Shown here: positions 53,014-62,224 of the stretch, piece after piece
Numbering within the stretch: the stretch's first letter is position 1
Layout: the number at the start of each line of letters is the position of its first letter
Source: Synechococcus sp.
GTDB taxonomy: Bacteria; Cyanobacteriota; Cyanobacteriia; Thermostichales; PCC-7336
Assembly: GCA_051439605.1 (NCBI GenBank)
Contig: JBFRWN010000077.1
Location: forward strand, 1 to 64,000
DNA: 64,000 bases
Reading direction: 5' to 3'
Program-made: the position numbers and the translations under genes
The notes under the pieces: model-generated
What the model was told of the DNA's origin: nothing
The model's database searches: none
What the model saw: only the letters and a program-made list of their open reading frames with translations

Positions 53014-55233
53014 ATGATTTTTTGGGCCAAACCAATTGATGGCACGGAGTGGATAGAACTCCCCCCTTCTGGAGGGACAATACTTTCGGGGGTCTACAAC
53101 ATCGCCGTTCAATCCCCTCAGCCCCATTTCACGATTATTTCTCACCTCCGCCAGTTCCGTCCCGAGGGAGATCCACCCAAAGAGGTACTCTGGGAGACTC
53201 AACATACCAGCCAAACCAACAATGAAGGGATTGGTTGGGTAGCTCAAGAGATCGAGCTCGGGGAGGGCTGGTGGCAGATTGGCTGCAGCGATGCCGATCT
53301 TGTGGCCGAATTATTTGGTGAAAATCCCCAGAACGCCGTCACGTTCCAGGTGATTGCGGTTACCCAGGCTGGCCCCACCCCAGATCGGTCTGCTCTTCTG
53401 GGGGATTTCACAGAGGCTGAGGCCGAACAGACCGCTGATATTCAGCCAGCTGCCGAACGCTCCGGCAATCTCGGCTCACTCGATACCACAGCAACCCCAA
53501 CAGAAATCTTCGTAAAGGACAGTGAATGGGGAGCTGATTTTGAGGAAGGGGTACGCATGATATCTGCCCCCTCCCAGCCAAGGGGGGACTTTTCTTTAGT
53601 GCAGTCCCAATTCACAGCACTTCCCGGAGAAGTGGTAACACTAACAGGACATACCCAAAGATCGGGACAACTATCCATTACTGCTTTCACCGAAAATTCC
53701 ATTTTGGTGCGGGAAGTCCAGAGGGTACAGCTCTTAGCTGGAGCTCAAACCTCAGCATTTAGCTTTCGGCTATCGTTACCTAGCACCTGGACAGGCCATC
53801 CCTTGACCGGCATTGCCGAGCTTTTTCCCGACGATGGCAGAGAACCACTGACCTTCGATTTCACAATCGCGATCGCTGCTGAGACCGCTCCTCCTGGTTC
53901 AGAAACAGACTCTTCTGGATCTCTCAACCAAGCAAAGCTCCAGCCAACTGATTTTGACAAAGCTCAAGACACAACCGTCCCTGACCCCATCTTCCAATCC
54001 CCCAACAACCCGATTCCATCGATCAATTGTGTGGAAAACAAGGATAGTTCAGCCGATCCTCAACCAGAGAACGCCCCCCTCTCGGAGGTGGAAGCAGCGA
54101 TAGCCGAGTCCCAACCCTACGAGCCCCAATTGGAGCCTGTTCGTTCTCTAGAAAAAGAGCTTCCCCCAGAAGTTCAACAGTATTTAGAGTTGCAAAGGGA
54201 CTTGGAGACAGCCACAACACGGTCCGAACTTGCCTCCCACATCCAGCTACCAGATTGGACACAGACCCCTTCAGAGCCACAACAGCAACAAGAGCAAGCA
54301 GCAGACCTCATTGGTCCCGACTCCAGCAATCTCGACTCCAGTACCAGCATTGATTCTCAACCCATAGAAGAAGAGCTCCTGTTCCCGGCGATCGCATTTG
54401 CCAGCCCCCGCAGCCCCGATCAGACCCTTAACAGGTTGGTCGAGCTAGCGCGCGAGGCTGCAATTGTAGCAGAGCAAACTCAGCAAACCCATAAACAACA
54501 CCTCTATCAACAAGAGGAGATCCCCGAGATACTGAACGGAGTCATTGGACAAGCCGTGGCATACGCTTCTCCAGCCACTCCGAACCAAGTCGCAAGTCCA
54601 CAACAGACCCCAGGCCAGTCTCCAATGCTCGCAAGCATTCGAGAAACCATTGCGCTAGCTGGAGCCCCCCGATCGCTAGAACAACAGCCCGTGCAGCTTG
54701 GGCGTAAAAGGCTAGACAACGCAATAGCCAAAAGTATTGCCAACGCAGCCACAATCGAGCAGCCTGTCAACCAAGAATCCCGAGAATCCAGCAACCTAGA
54801 ATCCAGCGACCTAGACTCTGCTGTACCGAAATCCGCCACTCAAGAATCCCTAGCTCAAGAACCAAAAGATCGGGAAACCAGCCTTGATGATGCCAGCGGA
54901 CTCGAACTCAGCATCCCAGCTTCATTACGCAGTGGCGATTTGGTGACTGTAGTATTGCGCTTAACCCATCCAGAATTGCCCGCTTGCATCAAGCTTTGGG
55001 TGAACGACATCGAAACCGACAGTGTTATGGATGGTCCCCGCTGGATTCTAGATTTTACAGAAGACCAAGGAGTGCTCACTGGCGTCACCCACTTAACCGT
55101 CCCTAGCCGCGTCCAATTCTTACAATTCAACGCGAGCGCTTACCACAAGCTTCCATCCCTTGGCGAGCAAAACTCAGAAGGCGAAGAACCCGTAGCAGCA
55201 GTGACCTTGGAACGCAGGGTTTCTCCTCGATAG
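53014..55233 (+). CDS. Large acidic hypothetical protein
   Basis: Long ORF filling the gap; beta-rich termini (KLWV.D...DGPRW) around a disordered centre. Confidence 0.75.
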   Translation: MIFWAKPIDGTEWIELPPSGGTILSGVYNIAVQSPQPHFTIISHLRQFRPEGDPPKEVLWETQHTSQTNNEGIGWVAQEIELGEGWWQIGCSDADLVAELFGENPQNAVTFQVIAVTQAGPTPDRSALLGDFTEAEAEQTADIQPAAERSGNLGSLDTTATPTEIFVKDSEWGADFEEGVRMISAPSQPRGDFSLVQSQFTALPGEVVTLTGHTQRSGQLSITAFTENSILVREVQRVQLLAGAQTSAFSFRLSLPSTWTGHPLTGIAELFPDDGREPLTFDFTIAIAAETAPPGSETDSSGSLNQAKLQPTDFDKAQDTTVPDPIFQSPNNPIPSINCVENKDSSADPQPENAPLSEVEAAIAESQPYEPQLEPVRSLEKELPPEVQQYLELQRDLETATTRSELASHIQLPDWTQTPSEPQQQQEQAADLIGPDSSNLDSSTSIDSQPIEEELLFPAIAFASPRSPDQTLNRLVELAREAAIVAEQTQQTHKQHLYQQEEIPEILNGVIGQAVAYASPATPNQVASPQQTPGQSPMLASIRETIALAGAPRSLEQQPVQLGRKRLDNAIAKSIANAATIEQPVNQESRESSNLESSDLDSAVPKSATQESLAQEPKDRETSLDDASGLELSIPASLRSGDLVTVVLRLTHPELPACIKLWVNDIETDSVMDGPRWILDFTEDQGVLTGVTHLTVPSRVQFLQFNASAYHKLPSLGEQNSEGEEPVAAVTLERRVSPR

Positions 55234-55356
55234 GGCCTATCAAGCGCTTTCCCATTTTGAAATGCATGGACCTAACTAGGCGTGAATGTAAACACCTGAA
55301 ATCCCGCTGCATTGCTGACTATGCGAAAGCTGACAGCTAATGAGTTCCGCTCAACC

Positions 55357-55374
55357 GTTACAAATATTTATGAA
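55357..55374 (+). promoter_or_regulatory. Possible HLR1 (RpaB) site upstream of crtR
   Basis: GTTACAAA-TA-TTTATGAA; second half-site has two mismatches. Confidence 0.3.
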
Positions 55375-55512
55375 GCTCAATCTACCTTATACTAAAGTGT
55401 CATTTGGCGTTCACCAGTCCACCTCCAGTTTGGTCTAGCGTCTGACATTTTATAAACGGTTCCCAATAGAATCACCCCTTTAGTAAATCGCTGACTAAAT
55501 AAGGAGATATTC

Positions 55513-56472
55513 ATGACTATGGCGGGGAAACGAAAGTCAATCCCACGCGAGTTAGTCGGTGCACCCGATTCGCTGTTCAATCTGAACGTCTATTTATTCT
55601 TAGGCTCAATCTGTCTGTTCGTTTCCTGCTTTTTTGGCTATACAACGTGGAACTGGCCCCGTTGGATGGTGTTCTGGCTCAACTTTGCCGCCCTCTACGT
55701 CCTCGGGACCGTTATTCACGACGCTTCCCATGGTTCTGCCCACAAAATCCGCTGGGTCAACGAAGCAATGGGTCATGGTTCAGCTTTGCTGCAGGGGTTT
55801 GTGTATCCCGTTTTTAAATGGGTACATATGGAGCACCACGCTAACGTCAACGATCCCGAGAACGATCCCGATCACTATGTATCCACCGGCGGTCCCCTTT
55901 GGCTGATTCCGGTACGCTTCTTCTACCACGAAGTATTTTTCTTTAAGCGCCAGCTTTGGAAGAAGGGCAAGTACGAGTTTCTAGCTTGGGCTCTCAGCCG
56001 TTTGCTAGTGGTCTGTACCTTCATTTTGGCCATTCACTACGGCTACACCGACTATGTACTGAACTACTGGCTTCCCCCCGCTTTTATCATGGGGCTTTTA
56101 TTGGGACTGTTCTTTGACTATCTGCCCCACCGACCCTTCTTAGAAACTGCCCGTTGGTATAACGCTCGCGTCTATCCCAGCATCATCACCAACATCCTGC
56201 TGTTGGGTCAAAACTATCACCTGATTCACCACCTATGGCCCACTGTGCCCTGGTACAAGTATCAAGCGGCTTATCGTTCAGCAAAGCCCATTTTGGATGA
56301 AAAAGGCTGCGACCAATCTTTAGATATTTGGCGCAATGGGAAGGAGATTGGCAGCTTCTTGTATGACTGCGTACTTGGGATCCGCCCCCACTCACATAAC
56401 CAACCTACTGATGAAGGCGAGAAAACCAATGACACTCAGCCTGAGGAAGAGAACAAAACTGCATCTGCATAG
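55513..56472 (+). CDS. crtR: Beta-carotene hydroxylase
   Basis: HDASH, HMEHH, NDPENDPDH..STGGPLWLI, GQNYHLIHHLWP. Confidence 0.93.
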   Translation: MTMAGKRKSIPRELVGAPDSLFNLNVYLFLGSICLFVSCFFGYTTWNWPRWMVFWLNFAALYVLGTVIHDASHGSAHKIRWVNEAMGHGSALLQGFVYPVFKWVHMEHHANVNDPENDPDHYVSTGGPLWLIPVRFFYHEVFFFKRQLWKKGKYEFLAWALSRLLVVCTFILAIHYGYTDYVLNYWLPPAFIMGLLLGLFFDYLPHRPFLETARWYNARVYPSIITNILLLGQNYHLIHHLWPTVPWYKYQAAYRSAKPILDEKGCDQSLDIWRNGKEIGSFLYDCVLGIRPHSHNQPTDEGEKTNDTQPEEENKTASA

Positions 56473-56512
56473 TCTTTCTGCATCAGGGTAGAGCAGCAAT
56501 AGCTAAAAAATA

Positions 56513-56538
56513 AGCGATCGCCCAATTGAGCGATCGCT
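56513..56538. terminator. Hairpin of two HIP1 sites between convergent genes; probable terminator
   Basis: AGCGATCGC-N8-GCGATCGCT preceded by an A run. Confidence 0.5.
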
Positions 56539-56753
56539 GTTTCATTGGGGGACGCTGAAACAATACAACTAACCTAATTACTCTAGAGAAAGTTTCCGAA
56601 CAAACGGCGATCGTTGGGTTAGGGGATGGTTAAGAAACATCCTCAAAAAGTCCCTCGTATACCCAATATCTCGTCAGTAGGTTCGTCTGACTGAGGCATC
56701 CATCCTTGCAAATTGGACGATCGTCCTGTGACAACACACAGTCCGAACCAACA

Positions 56754-58004
56754 TCAGGTCAGTGATAAATAATAGCGATCGAGTTTAAATAGTGTCCTCA
56801 AGAGAACAGTCGCTCCCTGGACACACTGTTCGGGAGAGGTATACTCCTCTCCCGAGTGGCTGACGCCCTCTCGACTGGGCACAAAAATCATTCCCATATC
56901 TGTAAACCGCCCTATTTCCTGGGCGTCGTGGCTGGCGCGACTGGGCAAGTGCGTATAGCTGAGTCCCAAGTCTTCACAGCTCTCTACAATCAGTGATTGC
57001 ACCTCTGCTGTCGCTAAAGTCGGCTTGAGCTCTAACTCTGGTTTGATGCGTATTTTGGTTCGGGTAGCCACGGCCACACTTTCAATCTTGCGCTTGAGTT
57101 GAGCCAGCATGTGTTCGATCTCTTGTTGGGACAGACTGCGCATATCCAAACACATCTCCACAAAACCAGGAACGGTGTTAATCGTATTCGGCCAGACTTG
57201 AACCGCACCCACTGTGGCCACCGGATCGCCAGGAAAATGTCTCGCCATATCTTCCACCGCCAGTATGAGCTGAGCAGCAGTAGTCAGGGCATCCCGGCGC
57301 ATGTGCATGGGGGTAGTACCTGCATGGTTCGTCTGTCCTTGAATGGTGATTCGAAAACGCTGCTGGCCAACAATCCCTTCCACCACACCAATATCGCACT
57401 CTAGAACCTCTAACACTCCCCCCTGCTCCACATGCAACTCTAGAAAACAAGCGATATCATCTGACGTGCGGCGGGCTGTAGGTAGCCGCTCCCAGTTTCC
57501 CCCGGTTCGACTAAGGCAGTCTTGAATGGAAACACCATCAGAGGTGATGTAATGCTCTGGATTTTCAGGGGCAGATCCTGCCATAGATTTTGAGCCCACC
57601 ATAGTCCGCTCTTCATCTGCAAAGGCAATCACCTCAAAGGGATGCTGCAGTAGCAGATCGTTCTCTTGCAGAACCCGAGCTACCTCCAATCCGGCTAGAA
57701 CTCCCAAGGCTCCGTCGAATCGCCCCCCCGACGGAACAGTATCGATATGAGAGCCAGTCGCAAGAACGGGCAAATCTGGTTCTAGGCCAGGATAAGTCCC
57801 GATCAGATTGCTGGCGGAATCAATGCGGATAGCCATACCCGCTTCCTGCATCCACTGGCTAACACGATCGCGAGCCGCGATATCTTCCAATGAGAAGGCC
57901 AAACGCCGAACGACCCCATCTTCTTGTCTCCCGATCTTGGCGAGCTCATTGACGTTGCTATTGAGGCGATCGCCGTTGATGGTCAGGCCGGTTGTGTTAG
58001 TCAT
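56754..58004 (-). CDS. M20 Zn-dependent amidohydrolase (allantoate amidohydrolase / N-carbamoylase, HpxK/AllC-like)
   Basis: GSHIDTVP.GG.FDG.LG, ELHVEQG, NHAGTTPM, HDAQ, G.SH..E. Confidence 0.88.
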   Translation of the reverse strand: MTNTTGLTINGDRLNSNVNELAKIGRQEDGVVRRLAFSLEDIAARDRVSQWMQEAGMAIRIDSASNLIGTYPGLEPDLPVLATGSHIDTVPSGGRFDGALGVLAGLEVARVLQENDLLLQHPFEVIAFADEERTMVGSKSMAGSAPENPEHYITSDGVSIQDCLSRTGGNWERLPTARRTSDDIACFLELHVEQGGVLEVLECDIGVVEGIVGQQRFRITIQGQTNHAGTTPMHMRRDALTTAAQLILAVEDMARHFPGDPVATVGAVQVWPNTINTVPGFVEMCLDMRSLSQQEIEHMLAQLKRKIESVAVATRTKIRIKPELELKPTLATAEVQSLIVESCEDLGLSYTHLPSRASHDAQEIGRFTDMGMIFVPSREGVSHSGEEYTSPEQCVQGATVLLRTLFKLDRYYLSLT

Positions 58005-58080
58005 TGCTCAAAAGCGATATAAATTCATATCCGTTTAAAGATTAGCCATGGTTTTCAACACGCTAATCGAGCCCCCTAGC

Positions 58081-58175
58081 TATAGTCTTTGACATTTTAG
58101 TTGGGACGTAAGTTTCTATACCCAGTCATAGATTGGGATAGCTAAAATGTCCTAAGCGACTTGACGGTCGCCATA
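58081..58175 (+). repeat. ~95-bp dispersed repeat, copy 5
   Basis: TATAG..GACATTTTAGTT...TAGCTAAAATGTCCTAAGCGACTTGACGGTCGCCATA. Confidence 0.75.
58108..58148 (+). promoter_or_regulatory. Consensus NtcA-activated promoter facing hpxD
   Basis: GTA-AGTTTCTA-TAC (58108-58121), 21 nt, TAAAAT (58143-58148). Confidence 0.5.
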
Positions 58176-58299
58176 TGACCGTTGCCAATACAACAGACAC
58201 TGTTGCTAGATTAAGTCACGATCGGGGAACGTTTGGCGAAACTTTCTGTAATCTGAGCACATCGCTGAGCAGTGGTCTGTGTCTGCAATGGGAGATGGT

Positions 58300-59340
58300 A
58301 TGACTGCGACTAAAGACAGAACCCAGGTTTATCCCAGAAACTGCACCTTCTCTCCATCCGATTGGGATGCACTGGCTCCCTTCTGGTATCCAATTGCCTT
58401 TAGCCATGACATTGGCAATCGCCCCCATGCCACCACGTTGCTGGACCAACGGCTGGTCATTTGGAAAACCGCTGCCGGTCTGTCGGTGGCCAACGATATT
58501 TGTCTGCATCGGGGGGTGCCCCTCAGCATGGGACATGTGGCAGACGAACATCTAATCTGCAAATACCACGGCTTTCACTACGACGCCGCCGGTCAATGCA
58601 CCCTAATTCCAGCTAACCCTGCCGCCAGCATTCCCTCAAAGCTCTGTCTCAGAACCTATCCGGTACGCGAAGCCTACGGTTTGGTATGGACGACTCTCGC
58701 TGGAGAAGATACTTCCCCGTTTCCAAAGTTTCCCGAGTGGAGCGATCTGGATTATCAGCACATACTGCCGGATAGTATCGACCTGGATGCGGCGGCGGGG
58801 CGGCAGATGGAGGGGTTTCTGGATGTGGCCCATTTTGCTTGGGTGCATGCGGAGTCTTTTGGCGATCGCGATAACCCCTACGTACCCAAATATAAGGTTG
58901 TCCCTACGGCCCACGGTGTCAGAGCAGAATATCTCAGTACCGTCAGCAACTTTCCTAAGGGGTTACAGGATCGTGCTCCAACGGATTTTAAGTGGCTACG
59001 AGTATTCGACGTTTTCCTCCCCTTCACTGCATTATTGCGGGTTCATTTTCCCGATGACGGACGGCTATGTATTCTCAATGCCGCTTCTCCGATGTCCGCC
59101 CGCAAAACCCGCGTATTTTGTCCCATCTGCCGCAATTTTGATAAGGACCAACCTTTAGAACCGGTGTACGAGTTTAACTACCAAATTTTTAACGAGGATA
59201 AAGAGGTAGTGGAGGCTCAATATCCCGAAGATCTGCCCCTCGACTTGCGAGCCGAGTCACACATTGAAGCGGATAAAACCTCAATTGCCTATCGCAAGGG
59301 GCTAGCAGGACTGGGGTTGAGCAAAATATACACGGCTTGA
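58300..59340 (+). CDS. hpxD: Rieske non-heme iron oxygenase, hypoxanthine/xanthine hydroxylase-like
   Basis: CLHRG...CKYHG Rieske motif, EGFLDVAHFAWVH iron site, N-terminal P..CTF...DW as recalled for Klebsiella HpxD; purine gene context. Confidence 0.78.
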   Translation: MTATKDRTQVYPRNCTFSPSDWDALAPFWYPIAFSHDIGNRPHATTLLDQRLVIWKTAAGLSVANDICLHRGVPLSMGHVADEHLICKYHGFHYDAAGQCTLIPANPAASIPSKLCLRTYPVREAYGLVWTTLAGEDTSPFPKFPEWSDLDYQHILPDSIDLDAAAGRQMEGFLDVAHFAWVHAESFGDRDNPYVPKYKVVPTAHGVRAEYLSTVSNFPKGLQDRAPTDFKWLRVFDVFLPFTALLRVHFPDDGRLCILNAASPMSARKTRVFCPICRNFDKDQPLEPVYEFNYQIFNEDKEVVEAQYPEDLPLDLRAESHIEADKTSIAYRKGLAGLGLSKIYTA

Positions 59341-59462
59341 AAGCGTAACCTCGTTCAAACAATTCACCTGCTCGATCTTGTTTGAGGAAAATTTTAAGTC
59401 ATGTCATTGCAATGCAAATCGTTAAGAATTGGCAATTACGAGCGCTTGTTTGTTCCGAACAA

Positions 59463-60887
59463 CTAGTCGCGTGGTCCTGGCAAAATCATATTCAAGAACA
59501 ATGCACACAAGCCACCAGTTGAAATCCCCGATGAGAAAATGTTCTTCACCAGCGGTGGCATTTGGTCCAACAGGTCAGGAGCATACACAACCCCGAGCCC
59601 CAGACCTAAAGACGTTGCCAAAATAATCGACGATCGCTTCGTAAACCGAATCGCGGACAAAATCCGAATGCCAGCAGCAGCCACACTGCCAAACATCACA
59701 ATCGTTGCCCCACCCAACACTGCCTGCGGCACCGCCTGAATCACCGCCCCGATCGCCGGAAATAAGCCAGCAACGATAAAGAAGCCCGCAATGAAATACC
59801 CCACGTAGCGGCTGCCCACCCCTGTTAGCTGAATGACCCCATTGTTTTGACTAAATGTGGTGTTAGGAAACGTATTCAAGCAGGCAGCAATCAAAGAGTT
59901 AATCCCATCCCCTAGCACACCCCCCTTAATCCGGCGCATATAGACATCTCCCCGAATGGGCTCCCCCGTAATGGCAGAGGTGGCGGTTAAGTCGCCAATC
60001 GACTCGATGGTCGTCATCAGAAACAGGAATGCAAACGGAATAAAGGCAACGGGGTTAAACCCAAACCCAAACCGAAACGGTACGGGTAAAGAAATCGCAG
60101 GCACGCTGCCGAGGGCGCTGAGGTCCACCAGCCCCATCACAGAGGCAAACAAGTAACCTACGATCAGTCCTACAGCAATAGACACCATCCTCAAAAACGG
60201 ATTGCGGCTGCTGTTCAAGACAATGATGGTCACCAAAACCAACACAGCCAACCCTAAGTTTTGCAGGCTGCCAAAGGTACCGGTCTCCTTTGCCGCAAAC
60301 CCGCCACCCATCGCCGTAACACCAACGTTAATGAGGGTCAAACCAATCAGCGATACCACCGTTCCCGTCACCAGGGGGGTAATAATCTTGGCGGCAAACT
60401 GAAGAAACCGACTGAAAACAATCTCAATAAACGAGCCCACAAAGCACAGCCCGAAAATTGTCCCTAGCGCATCCTCCGGCGACGTTCCGCTGGCGATTGC
60501 GGCGCTACCCGCCGCAATAATCGGCCCAATAAACGCAAAACTTGTCCCTTGAATGCTGAGTAAGCCGGAGCCCACGGGTCCGAGCCGTCTCACCTGAATA
60601 AAAGTGGCAATCCCCGACACAAACAGCGACATGCTCACCAAGTAGGCGGTCGTTTCTGCAGCCAACCCCAGAGCTCCGCCAATAACTAAAGAAGGCGTCA
60701 CAATACCGATGAAACATGCCAGCACGTGCTGCACAGCTGCAAAAACCGACTGCTGGATCGAGGGCACATCGTTCAAGCCGTAGATCAAATCTGTGGCGGA
60801 AGACACGGCAGTTGACAAAGGCTCTTCGGGGGGCGGCTCTCCAGAATCCAATATCCTTTCCATGCCCAGCTCGTCGATATTTGCCAT
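59463..60887 (-). CDS. NCS2/NAT xanthine-uric acid permease
   Basis: QH in TM1, GTSFAF, ESIGD, FSQNNGVIQLTG signature. Confidence 0.93.
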   Translation of the reverse strand: MANIDELGMERILDSGEPPPEEPLSTAVSSATDLIYGLNDVPSIQQSVFAAVQHVLACFIGIVTPSLVIGGALGLAAETTAYLVSMSLFVSGIATFIQVRRLGPVGSGLLSIQGTSFAFIGPIIAAGSAAIASGTSPEDALGTIFGLCFVGSFIEIVFSRFLQFAAKIITPLVTGTVVSLIGLTLINVGVTAMGGGFAAKETGTFGSLQNLGLAVLVLVTIIVLNSSRNPFLRMVSIAVGLIVGYLFASVMGLVDLSALGSVPAISLPVPFRFGFGFNPVAFIPFAFLFLMTTIESIGDLTATSAITGEPIRGDVYMRRIKGGVLGDGINSLIAACLNTFPNTTFSQNNGVIQLTGVGSRYVGYFIAGFFIVAGLFPAIGAVIQAVPQAVLGGATIVMFGSVAAAGIRILSAIRFTKRSSIILATSLGLGLGVVYAPDLLDQMPPLVKNIFSSGISTGGLCALFLNMILPGPRD

Positions 60888-61046
60888 CGCTGCACCTACT
60901 TCTTCAATGGCCGTTTTAATTGGGTTGAAGCTAACAGCAATACCCTTTGGCGAATGTTTAGAACGAACAATAGTTAGTTTGTCTCATCAGCATTAGGATG
61001 CAGGCAAGAGCAGTGGGGTTCCCCGCGAAAAAACACGGATTGCAGC

Positions 61047-62207
61047 ATGAACCACCTGAAGGCGATCGTTATTGGAGCAGGGATGGGGGGACTCACCGCC
61101 GCCATTGCTTTAGAACAGGTGGGCTATACCATCGAGATTTACGATCGCGTCCGGGAGCTTCGTCCAGCAGGGGCCGGAATTTCCCTCTGGTCGAATGGGG
61201 TGAAGGTGCTCAACCGCTTAGGGTTGGGGGCAGAGATTGCTTGCATCGGCGGCCCCATGAAACGCATGAGCTACATTACGAAAGCTGGTGAAGTGCTGAA
61301 CGACTTTAGCCTGCAGCCGCTGGTGAATACGGTGGGGCAATGTCCCTATCCGGTGGCGCGAACAGATTTGCAGCGCATGTTGTTGGATGCCTTTGGTCGC
61401 GATCGCGTACAGCTCAATTCAAAATGTGTCGGGGTGGAGCAAACAGACGAGACCGTCACCGCAATCTTTGAGGACGGTCGGCAGGCTATAGGGGATGTAC
61501 TGGTGGCAGCGGACGGGACTCACTCGTTCATCCGCAACGTAGTTGTTGGCCAAAAAATCGAGCGGCAATACGGCGGCTACCTTAACTGGAATGGTTTGGT
61601 GGAGATGAGCGATCGCCTAGCCCCCCCCTACAGCTGGGTGATTTACGTCGGGGACGGGCAGCGAGCCTCTATGATGCCGGTGGGGGGCAATCGCTTTTAT
61701 TTCTTTTTTGATGTTCCGCTTGCTAAGGGAACTCTGCCACTAGGGGATGCCCGCACAGAACTCTCCCATTATTTCGAGGGGTGGGCGCAGCCGGTGCAAA
61801 ACTTGATTGGGGAGCTGGATCCTGCCAAAACCAATCGGGTGGAGATTCACTACGTAGAACCGTTATCCACCCTAGTCCGTGGACGCATTGCCCTGTTGGG
61901 GGATGCCGCACACAGCACGACACCGGATTTGGGGCAGGGGGGCTGCCAGGCGATCGAGGATGCTTGGGTGCTGACCAACCATCTAGCATCAAGCTCGTTA
62001 GGGGTAGCCGATGCCCTGCAGCGGTACCAGGCCGACCGCAAAGAGCGCACAGCCACTATTGTGCGTAAAGCCCTAAAACGGGCGCACATGATTCATAACC
62101 ATGACCCAGCCCGCACCCAACAGTGGTACACAGAACTAGCCCGAGAGGATGGATCCAAAATTATGGATGCAATATCGGCAGTGATTCTAGAGGGTCCGCT
62201 CCATTAG
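61047..62207 (+). CDS. hpxO: FAD-dependent urate hydroxylase
   Basis: KAIVIGAG.GG, GY.NWNGLV, RAS.MPV...RFYFFFD, GDAAHSTTPDLGQGGC, WY.EL..EDG, GPL end. Confidence 0.9.
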   Translation: MNHLKAIVIGAGMGGLTAAIALEQVGYTIEIYDRVRELRPAGAGISLWSNGVKVLNRLGLGAEIACIGGPMKRMSYITKAGEVLNDFSLQPLVNTVGQCPYPVARTDLQRMLLDAFGRDRVQLNSKCVGVEQTDETVTAIFEDGRQAIGDVLVAADGTHSFIRNVVVGQKIERQYGGYLNWNGLVEMSDRLAPPYSWVIYVGDGQRASMMPVGGNRFYFFFDVPLAKGTLPLGDARTELSHYFEGWAQPVQNLIGELDPAKTNRVEIHYVEPLSTLVRGRIALLGDAAHSTTPDLGQGGCQAIEDAWVLTNHLASSSLGVADALQRYQADRKERTATIVRKALKRAHMIHNHDPARTQQWYTELAREDGSKIMDAISAVILEGPLH

Positions 62208-62224
62208 TGGCCTGCACTAACCCG

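Noticed and set aside
56586..56644. Possible shrunken MITE (GAGAAAGTTTC...GAAACATCCTC) with ends like 2695-2858
   Set aside because: Only 11-bp imperfect ends and no target duplication; may be a relic but is not supportable.
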